DNA of 64,000 nt from Camelus ferus (Eukaryota): the NCBI RefSeq assembly GCF_009834535.1, contig NC_045697.1:41542001-41606000 (forward strand), given 5' to 3'. This document shows positions 53,493 through 64,000 of this stretch, piece by piece. Numbering within the stretch: position 1 is the first letter of the stretch; each line of letters opens with the position of its first letter. Made by a program: the position numbers and the translations under genes. A model generated the notes under the pieces. It worked only from the letters and a program-made list of their open reading frames with translations. It did no database searches and was not told the origin of the DNA.

Positions 53493-54326
53493 TATTTGGT
53501 TAATGTAATCAATTGCAACTGTGACTGTGGTCTGGTGGAAAATGAGCAGACCTGAATTTCTGGTTAGAATATCTGGGTTTACCGTTTGCAAGCTGTATGA
53601 CTGAGCTATTTCCTTACATCCATGATCCTTGCCATTTACCATGGGCACTAACACTTAAACAAACCACAAACAAACAAGTTTATATTTTACGTATTTCATA
53701 ATTAAATCTGAACTTTAAAAACTAGCAATTAGAAAAATCTTAACACTTCAGCTATTTTTTTAAATCCAAAGAGTTTTTATGTAGGTTGAAGTTATTTTTA
53801 AATCAGCTCCCAGAATTTGGGTACAGATGCAGAATGTCTATTTCTAGGAAGAGTTCTTTTAAAGCAAAGGAATACAGAGAAGAAATGAAGCATGAACTTT
53901 CTTAATGACTCTTGATTTTTTTTCTCACTATGTGCTTTCAGTACCCAGAAAATATACATGCATATTCTATCACTTAAAAAAACTAAAAATATCATAGCAC
54001 ACAGAGTATTTCTAGTTGTGACTCAGAGCATTTTATTTACTTTCCATATAGAATTTTTATTTGATAACAATGTTTATTTTTTTCTTTTCCTGTAGCCCTA
54101 TGCCTTATTTACTATTCTAGCAATTTAAAGAAAATAGTGTATTTATTTTTAGAGGCAGAATTCTCTTTTTGGTTTTACTTTAAAACTATATTCTTTGGAA
54201 GCTTCTCATTTCATGAGACATCTCATGGATCGTTGGTATGCTGTGGGGTTTAACATGATCTCCAGCAGGGGTTAGGTTGCTCCCAACTTCTTGCCACACA
54301 GACGATACACAAAGACCACCTTGTCT

Positions 54327-54500
54327 TTAACGACAAGTGTATCCGGATTCCAGGTCTCTTGAGTCTTAATCTGTGGCTTTAAAACATTAACAACCAAATG
54401 TATCCAGATTCCAGGTCTCTTGAGTCTTAATCTGTGACTTAATGACCAAGTGTATCCAGATTCCAGGTCTCTTGAGTCTTAATCTGTGGCTTTAAAACAT
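54327..54500. repeat. Three-copy tandem repeat (units about 60, 52 and 61 bp)
   Basis: Core gattccaggtctcttgagtcttaatctgtg is identical in all three copies. Confidence 0.95.
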
Positions 54501-55561
54501 GTCATATTTCCAAGGTTTTCACTGTTATCAGTAAGAAATCATAGAAAATATAGAAAATAAAATTGCCCAGATAATTACTTATTAACAGTAAATATGTACA
54601 TTATCTGTAGTAGTATTAACTTTATTTTAGTTGAATTATTTGAAGAACATTGGATTCATTGAATTTTTTAGCTACTCCTGTTGATCTATTTTTTTTAAAC
54701 AGCAAGCAGTTTTTGTAGGCAAGAGGTTTCTTGTTATATTCTGGAGAGAAACTTGTCTTTGTAATGTTAGACAATAAAAAAAATCTTTAGGTTGCACTTG
54801 TATGAATCCTTTACAAAAATATAGACCAACAGGTAATTGAAAGTGCAGAAACTCTTGATTCTCCTGAGAAATAGGTAAGCCTTCTTAATCTTCTTTCCTC
54901 TATTGAACAAAGAAGTGTAGAGCTGTTAAATTTCACTTTATGAATTAAAAAAAAATCAGTGAAGAGTGCTATTTTGGAACTCTGCTGTACTAAATAGATG
55001 AGTCAGGGTCTTAGCCAGGGAATTTATACATAGAAAGATATTTTGTGTTGGAAACTGCATGCACACCTGCTGGTGTCTACAGTATTTACCACATCCTGAT
55101 ATGTGTTACCTTTGGTTCTACAGGTTTGTGTTTTCCCCATTCTGCGGTGACTGCCTCTGGGGCAGGACCAGGGCATCCTCATTCTTGCCTTCCAAGCCCA
55201 GAATTCTATTTTAATTCGGTAAATGTTCAGTAAATGCTTTTTAAGTAAAATACTGTAAATAAAAACTCAGAAAAACACTGCATCCTGAATAGAAATCTGT
55301 TTCCCTTTCAAAATCAAGTTAATTTCTCAACATCTGAACACCTTATAATTTATATTGATAAATTTAATTGCATTTTGGTTATTCTGCTAATCACAAGTCA
55401 ATGTTAACCCAACATTTGTCTAAAAGTTGTTAAGTTATTGTCTGCTGTAGATGTTTACTAATGCTTGAGTTGGTTGTGAATTATTTGAAATGATTTCCTG
55501 ATTTTCAGAAAGCCTGAGATACAGAAGGTTCAAATTAATGAATCAACAATTATGAGTTTAA

Positions 55562-55745
55562 ATGAGTTTCTACTGTATAGCACAGGGAACTATATTCAAT
55601 ATCTTGTAGTAACCTGTAATGAAAAGAATATGAAAAGGAGTATAAGTATGTATATGTATGACTGAAACGTCATGCTGCACACCAGACACTGACACAACAT
55701 TGTAAACTGACTATACTTCAATTAAAAAACAACAACAACAAAAAT
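55562..55745 (+). mobile_element. L1 3' end with 14-bp TSD
   Basis: ctactgtatagcacagggaactatattcaata. TSD aattatgagtttaa at 55548-55561 and 55746-55759. Confidence 0.92.
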
Positions 55746-56197
55746 AATTATGAGTTTAAGTAACACTAGAAATAAGGGGACTGAGCTCAGTGGACTTCTT
55801 TTTGGCTAAGACACAGACACTCATCATGCCTTTGTTACATTTTCTATGCAAGCAGATACCTACACATTGACAGGCTGATTACTGATTAATTCCATCGTTC
55901 ATTTATTCAGCACATTTTTACTGAGAACCTATCTTATGTATCTATAACTTGTAGAAATTAGGGATAAGAGTGAGCAATATAGTTGCTCTCCTCAAAGAAC
56001 ACACTGTCTAGTCTAAAGCACAGTAAAGAGTGGCTAGGCTTATAAACGTAAAGTAAACCTACTCCTCTTGGAATTAAAGACCTCAGTGGTAACTATAGGC
56101 TAAATAATAATTAGTCAGAAAAAAAAACCACTGCAATACTTACCAAATGCTTACTATGTGTGAAGACTTCATTAAGACTTTACCTCATCTAATTTTT

Positions 56198-56607
56198 TTT
56201 CTTTTTTCAATTAAAAAAATTAATTTTATTTTTTTATTGAGGTGTAGTTGATTTACCATGTTAGTTTCAGGTGTACAATAAAGTGATTCAGTTACACATA
56301 CGCATACATATATATTTTTTTCGGATTCTTTTCCATTATATGTTATTACAAGAAATTGAATATAGTTCCCTGTGCTGTAAAGTAGGTCTTTGTTGTACAT
56401 CTGTTTTACATATACATGTGTATCTGTTAATCCCAAACTCCCATTTATCCCTCTCCTCACCCATTCCCCTTAGGTAACCATAGTTTGTTTTCTATGTCTG
56501 TGAGTCTGGTTTTGGTTTGTCAATAGAATTTGTATCATTGTTTTTTAGATTCCACATATAAGTAATAGCATATGATACTTGTCTTTCTCTGACTTACTTC
56601 ACTTAAT
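56198..56607 (-). mobile_element. L1 3' end
   Basis: gtagttgatttac...gaatatagttccctgtgctgta...gacttacttcactt. Flanks atct(a/g)attttt. Confidence 0.9.
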
Positions 56608-58669
56608 ATCTGATTTTTACAACACCATTAACTATCAAGACAGAATCCAATTATGTTTTATTCTGGAGCTGGAAATCTCAACCATTAAACTAGAAGGTCT
56701 TTCTCTAGTCCCATTATGAACTTCTTGAAATCTCCATCAGTTGTCCAGGGTTTTGACTGAACTGAGTAGCAACTAAGAACCAAAATACTATGATTAAATG
56801 CAAAGAAGCCTAAGATTCTATTTCCTACTGGTCACCAGTAGGGAAAAAAAAAGACTTTATATAAATTCTGAAGGATAATTGTGATATATAAGGTTTAAAA
56901 TATTACTGAGGATATGACAGAAATCTCAGTCTCGTTGTGGATTTCTTATTGTCAAAATTATTCTTCAATATCTTTTGAGTTCTTACTGTTTTTTCATATA
57001 GCATCTTGTTGGATATGATAGCCAAGACTTAGCATGTTGAGTTTTTTCCAGTTAAAGCAATATTTTTCATAACAGATATAAAATATTACCAGATAACTTA
57101 ACTAATTAACTAAATTTTGTTTTAGTATGCTGATGTCTGGATAACAAAATAACTCTTTGTGTATATGTAATAATTTTCCTAGCCAAGATGACTGTTCTAA
57201 ATAAATGAAAACTTAACTCTTCAGCAAATTTCAAAAGAGTGAGTAAATTTAGTGTTATATTTATTTCTTATGCCTTGGACAGGTTTTTTCCTAAAGATTT
57301 ATTAAGTAATTATTCCAGTTAATAAATACATCCAATTGTGCTACTAAAGATTATCTAACAAAAAATGTAAAGGTTCTACCTAAGATTCGGTTCTGTAATG
57401 ATGAACTTCTCTATATTGGTTTATTGTGAGTATGTGTTTGGTTTGCTTGAAGCACAAAGTTTGGACTTGACTTTTTGTTGAATAATCTTAACCTGAAATG
57501 TAAATGTAGCTTACTATTGTGAGTTTAATTATGGTTGAAGTGTTAATCAGATTAAATGAAGTTATTATTTATATCTGTCAAAATCATGCTATGAAATATC
57601 CCAGAATTATCTCTGGTTTTCAGTGTATGGTTAACTTGTGGATTCCATTTTAATCTATATAAATATTCCTAAGAAATCAAATAATTCTTTAAATATACTA
57701 TTTTAATTCTGTTCTTCTTCTTATGACTTTGGAAAATATATTGTGATAATTTTGTTTTCCTGCACTGGTTTTATCTGAGGTTGGGGTGCATGCTCAGCAA
57801 AGGCTGAATTTTTCAGTAGGTTGAGAAGAATAATGTCTTCTTTGATTCTGAGTTCTAAGATGAGTTCCAATCAGGAATGTGTCATTCAACTCTTCTTTTT
57901 GCTTATCTTCGCTGAAGGTGAATATTTAACTGATTATATACTCTGTACATCTCTAACTCATTTTTAAAAAGGTCAAGCAGCTACAAAAGTACACATTTAA
58001 GGAGATGAAAACCAAGACTTTGGAGAATGTGTAATTACTAAAATTAGGTACAAGTAGATCTATAATTGTGCAATGATAGGATGATAATAATATCATATAG
58101 GATTTAAGAATAGTGTCCTTTATTGTATAAATTAAAATAGGACTTTAATGTTCCATATTCTTAAATGTAGCATTTGATAAACTCCCATTTTCCTTTCTAA
58201 AAATACAAAGACATATTTTTAGAGATGAGTCCAGTGAAATCCAGATAACACACTTTAAACATTTTGATTCCTAAATGACTTTTTATTCTCCTTATGATGA
58301 AACACAATCTTTTGCTTTTACCATGAGAAAGTATTTTTAAAAAATTAACCATTATTTATTAACCTGGAAATTTTGTCCTATCTTGATTAAATAATACTTC
58401 TTATTATTGCCTATTTTATACTCTTCTTTCTTTCTTGTGGACACATTGGGAATATGCAGATCAAAAGTATAGAATTCAGGGTGCTTAGTTTGATAGGCTA
58501 GATCCTTGTGATAATGAAGCCAGCATTCCAGGCTTGACCCTGTAAGGGACAATTTAATATTAAGCTCCATGAGGACAGGAGCTTTATATTTTCAGTGCTT
58601 AGAACTTTGCTTGGCACATTGTAAGACCAAAATAAATATTTGTTGAGTGAGAAACATACTGAAATAGTG

Positions 58670-58955
58670 TATAGGCCTCAAATCTCAGTAACTCATCAGA
58701 ACAAAAGTTTATTTCCTTTTGTACAAAGTCTAGGGCAGGTTAGTAAGGGATCTCCTCTATCTGGTGACACAGGAATTTTGACTTCTGCCATCTTGTGACT
58801 CAGGAATTGCTATCTTGTGGTGTCCAGCTAAGACCCCAGAGTGTGGAAAGCAGTGGATTGTGGAGGTACGTCCTCCAAATGCCCCTGCATTTAGGTGACA
58901 CCTGCCACTTCTGCTTGTAGTCCCTTGGCTAGAAGTAGTCACTTGGCCCCTACAG
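58670..58955. mobile_element. MaLR (MLT1-type) LTR fragment
   Basis: caaatctcagt...aaagtttattt...cacttctgct...ttggctagaagtagtcac. Confidence 0.55.
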
Positions 58956-59102
58956 ATAACTATAGTAGTAGTAGTAGCAGCAGCAGTAGTAGTAATAGCA
59001 ACAATCAACTTTGCTGAGAGTTTCCTGTAAGCTTATGCCGTGTTAAGAGCTTTACATAGATGTTCGCATTTAACTTTCCCACTAATCAAAAGAAGTAGAT
59101 TA

Positions 59103-61420
59103 CAGGCGTACCTCATGGCATTGTGCTTCACTTTTATTGTACTTCGCAGATAACTGTGTTTTTTACAAATTGAAGGTTTGTGACGACGCTGCATTGAGTA
59201 ACTCTATTAGTGCCATTTTTCCAGTAGCATGCTCACTTTGTGTCCCTGTGTCACATTTTGGTAGTCCTCACAGTATTTCAAACTTTTTCATTATTATATT
59301 TACAATGATTTCTGTGATCAGCGATATTTGATGTGACTGTTCTAAGTGTTTTCGGGCACAGTGAATTGTGTCCATATAAGATGAGGAACTTAATTGATAA
59401 ATGTTATATGTTCTGACTGCTCCACTGACCAGCTGTTCCCCTGTCCCTTTCCCTCTCCTTGTGCCTCCCTATTCCTTGAAACACAGAAATATTAAAGTTA
59501 GGCCAATTAGTATCTTACAAAAGCCTTTACCTATTCAAGTGAAAGAAAGAGTCATGTGTCATCTCACTTTAAATCAAAAACCAGAAATGATTAAGCTTAA
59601 TGAGGGAAGGCACGTTGAAAGCTGAGATAGGCCAGAAGCTAGGCTTCTTGTGCCAAACAGCCAAGTTGTGAAAGCAAAGGAAAAGTTCTTGAAGGAAATT
59701 AAAAGTGCTACCCCAGTGAACACACGAATGATAAGAAAGTGAAACATCCTTGCATGGAGAAAGTTTTAGTGGTCTGGATAGAAGATCAAACCAGCCACAA
59801 CATTCCCTTCAGCCAAAACCTAATCCAGAGCAAGGTCCTCTCCCTTCAACTCTGTGAAGGCTGAGAGAGGTGAGAAAGCTGTAGAAGAAAAGTTTGAAGC
59901 TGGCAGAGGTTGTTTCATAAGGTTTAAGGAAAGAAATACTCTCCATAACCTGCAAGTGCTGATGTAGAAGCTGCAGCAGGTTATCCAGAAGATCTCACCA
60001 AGGTAATTCATGAAGGTGGTGACAACTGAAGAACAAATTTTCAACGCAGACGAAACAGTTTTCTATGGAAAGAAGGCACCATTTAGGGCTTTCATAGCTA
60101 GAGAGGAGAAGTCAGTGCCTGGCTTCAGAGCTTCAAAGGACAGGCTGATTCTCTTGTTAGGGGTTAATCCACCTGGTGACTTTAAGCTGAAGCCAGTGCT
60201 CATTTACCATTCCTAAAATCCTAGGGCCCTAAAGAATGATGCTAAATCTACTCTGCCTGGGCTCTGTAAATGGAACAACAAAGCCGGGGTGCCAGCACAT
60301 CTATTTACAACATGATTTACTGAATATTTTAAATCCACTGTTGAGACCTGTTGCTCAGAAGGAAAAATTCCTTTTGAAATATTACTGCTCATTGGCAATG
60401 CCTCTGGTTGCCCAAGAGCTCTGATGGAGAACTATGGTGAAATTAATGTTTGTTTTTACGCCTGCTAACACAACATCCATTCTGCAGCCCATAGATCAAG
60501 GGGTAATTTCAGCTTTCAAGTATTATTATCTAAGACATTCATAAGAACGTAACCGCCATAGATAGTGATTCCTCTGATGGATCTGGGCAAAGCAAATGGA
60601 ACACCTTCTGGAAAGGATTCAGTATTCTAGATGTCATTAAGAGCATTTGTGATTCATGGGAAGAGATCAAAGTATCAATTTAACAGGAATTTGGAAGAAG
60701 TTGATTCCAGCCTTCATAGATAACTTTGAAGGGTTCAAGACTTCAGTGGAGAAAGGAACTGCAGGTGTGGTGGAAATAGAAAGAGAACTAAAATTTGAAG
60801 TGGAGCCTGAAGATGTGGCTGAATTGCTGCAACCTCATGATAAAATTTTAATGGATGAGGAGTTTCTTCTTATGGATGGGCAGAGAGTGGTTTCTTGAGG
60901 AGGAAGCTACTTCTGGTGAATATGTTGTGAAGACTGTTGAAATACAAAAAAGAATTTAGGGTATGACAAACTTAGCTGATAAAGCAGCAACAGGGTTGAA
61001 AGAATTGACTCCAATTTTGAAAGAAGTTTTACTGTAGGTAAAATGCTATCAGAGAGCATTACATGCTACAGAAAAATTGTTTGTGAAAGGAAGTCAAATG
61101 ATGTGGTGAACTTCATTGTCTTATTTTGAGAAATTTCCACAACCACCTCAACTTTCAGCAGCTACCACCCTGATCAGTCAGCAGCCATCAACATCCAGGC
61201 AAGAGCTTCCATCAGCAAAAAGATTATGACTCACTGAAGTCAATAGCAAGAAAATATTTTTAAATTAAGGGTTTTTTAAAGATACAATATTGCACACTTA
61301 ACAGAAAACAGTATAATGTAAATGTAACTTTTATATGCACTGGGAAATCAAAAAATTCACGTGTCTCGCTTTATTGCAGTGGTCTGGGATGAAACTCACA
61401 ATATCTCCAATATATGCATG
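59103..61420 (+). mobile_element. Near full-length Tigger1 DNA transposon with decayed transposase
   Basis: TA|caggcgtacctc ... aatatctccaatatatgcatg|TA. ORF fragment [14 protein letters not shown]...[10 protein letters not shown]...[10 protein letters not shown] is pogo-family DDE. Many stops and frameshifts. Confidence 0.95.
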
Positions 61421-64000
61421 TATTACCTTCATTCCATAAAAAGGACACTAAGACTAAGATTGTAAAAAGCTTGCCCAAGGCCTCATTATAAGGATTCTTA
61501 GTTAAAAGTTAGGTTCTTACCCTTTGCTGAAGTCTCGCTCTAGGATCTCTCGAGTGCAAAATGAGAATACTGTCTTGAATGAAATGATTTATTAGACACC
61601 TAAAACAGTATCTGGTCCTAATACTGGCTTGGTACATAGCAGGTATTCAAACAGTACTCATTGTCTTTCTTTATATATAAAGAACAGACAGGCAGAAGCC
61701 GTGCCTGCTCTATTTTCAATGACAACGTGCTTTTTCACACAATTTAAAATAGTGATTAAACATAATTTAAGACTTAAGAGTTTTTACTGCATTACTGATC
61801 AGTAATAAGCCATTGATCATTGCTAGGCCAACCAATATAAAAGTGATATAGATTCCAGACTGCAGTCCTCTTTAGAGAGTAACACTTCAAGAAATTGAAT
61901 GGGGAAAACATGCTCTGGACAGAACAAAAGCTAATCCTTAATGTCGTTAAGTCTTGTCTCAAATCTGCTGCCTTTAAAACTCATATGTAGATCATTTGAT
62001 TCAGATTTAAAATGGATTAACCACATGCCTTTCTGCCATAACAAACAGAATAGCAGGCATTGTTTCTGCCGACTTTATATCACAATCTTGGAGAGGCATC
62101 ACGAGCAATTCAGTGTGCTGGTCATGACTGTAAGACTGAATAGCTCAATGTCTTTTGTGCCAAAAGCAGAATCACCACTGTTGGCGGATACGTTCCAGTA
62201 TCTAAATGACAATACTAAAATAATATGCAACTGACCAGTTAATTTTCTGGAGGTGTGTTTTGTAGCGAATTCATCTTAGCTATCCTGTTAAGTAGATCAA
62301 AGTTACACCTGTAGCATCTTTAATAGTGCCTGGCATTCAGTAGGTGCCCAGTAAACATTCACCAAATTTCTAGGCAGCTCTGAAGATCCAGCTGTCCATC
62401 ACCAACACAAGGTAGTCTACTTCAACCCTGAATCGTTTAATGTTAAGCTCAGACTTCAGGCTCAGTTGATAAATGAAGGAGAAGGATGTGTTATTCATTC
62501 ATTTCTCTTAAGCTGTAGTCCTATAGATCACCTCATCATAAGAAAACCACATCTAAATTACTTTAGCTGAACTAGTGAATAGTTTAATAAAAGAAGAGCA
62601 TGCATTTTAGAGTTGGACAAACTTGAATTCATATTGTTACCACTAATTAATAGATCTAAGACTTAGAGACAATTAACAGCTCCATATGCCAGTTTCCTCA
62701 CCTGCTGATAGTGTTAAATATAGTATTTAACAGAATGCAAAGTTCACCTTTACCAGGTAAGCAATTAATACTGGTTCACCTTTCTTTCTCCCCTTGTCTT
62801 ATTGAAAGTTGATATCGCATAAGTCATATGAAACATATTTCTATATCTTTGATTTAAAATATTATATCTACTGCCTGTTGTTTGATTCAATGGTTATTAC
62901 ATAAAAATCTATTGAATATTTTTTTCCTAAAGTTAAGTGCTAGAGTTACTTTACCTTTCCTGTGATCTATGGTATGATATATTTTAAGAGATTAATGAAT
63001 CAAAGCTTGCCACTCACTGTGGTTTTGTTGTTTTGTCACATTTTCTCTTTGGCTTGCTGGGAGCCTGACAACTGATGTTTTTGCTCAAGGCAGTAGATGT
63101 TCATAACTTAAGTCCTCTGGTAAAACTATCGCCTCCCAGCCTGCTTTATTTGACATTTGTTCTTAAAACTGGATTTAATGGTTTTATTGTTTCTATATCT
63201 TCTATGGTGAGCTGTACAAATCCTTTTTGAAATCACACAGCATATAAATAATATATGAATGAAAGAATAAAAGGGCTTGGTTTCCTAGGTATTAAGTGCA
63301 GAACTAATCCAGGCTTGGTGCTGTTTTCAGCTGTATCATTCAAGAGAAACTAAGAACACATAACATTTGAAAATTCTTGATGTTTCCAGCTCAGGGATTG
63401 ACTGACTAGCAGTAACATAGGCCAGTCATGCACAAATGAAAATGGGGAGGAGGGAGTGCTTCTGGCATACAGGTTATTAAATTTGAGAAAACTGCAATCA
63501 AAGTTTTAGATGCCTGCAGGATAAGATCAGTAATGTGGGATATTTTTCTTTGCAGAATTTCACAGCTCTGGGCAAGCAACTCAACTGATGATGGGGACTC
63601 ATTGCACAAAGTCCTTACTCACAGTTCTGCGTAAAATGCAGTCTTTTCACAGAATAGATTATGTTCAGATTTCCTCTCTGCCTACCAAACTGCTGGTGGC
63701 AATGAAGTCTTTTAATTTAGCTTAAAATATTTTTTTGGCAGATGGGGAGACAGGGAAGAAATGAGTTTGCTTTGAACTTTTGCAATGACAATTCTATTAT
63801 ATCCATATAAAAGTAAACTGTTGAGTCATTTAAATATAAGATTAAATATTCAGTGGAGGAATGAGTTTCTTTTTAAAAATAATTTGAAGCAACAATAGAA
63901 TAGACTATTCTAAACCTATAGTTATTTTGAGCCAGATTGGTCTCCAAAACTTAACACTGTGGTGATTTATAATTTTTTAATATAATCTTTCATATTTATA

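Noticed and set aside
54327..54500. CRISPR-like repeat/spacer appearance
   Set aside because: Linkers are homologous to each other, there are no cas genes, and the context is mammalian intron. It is a simple tandem repeat.
50997..64000. Next MAPK10 exon (GFDKQVDVSY...MSKSK)
   Set aside because: Not found by eye. It presumably lies beyond the window.

Overview
AT-rich, CpG-poor mammalian DNA. Four Vic-1-type tRNA-derived SINEs point to a camelid (alpaca, llama or camel). The only host coding sequence I recognise is a 72-nt exon at 50892-50963 (+), too short for the ORF track. It encodes MSLHLLYYCSEPTLDVKIAFCQ, the unique N-terminal extension of MAPK10/JNK3. The rest of the window is inferred to be MAPK10 intron, filled with L1, L2, MIR, LTR/ERVL and DNA-transposon relics. 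The most interesting signal is three tandem 5' splice donors on this exon. They could switch the JNK3 N-terminal extension between coding sequence and an upstream ORF. Other notable items are a young-looking solo LTR with a perfect TSD, a two-LTR ERVL remnant, a near full-length Tigger1 and a three-copy tandem repeat. I found no convincing wholly new system. Repeat subfamily names come from recalled consensus sequences, and repeat boundaries are approximate unless a TSD is quoted.
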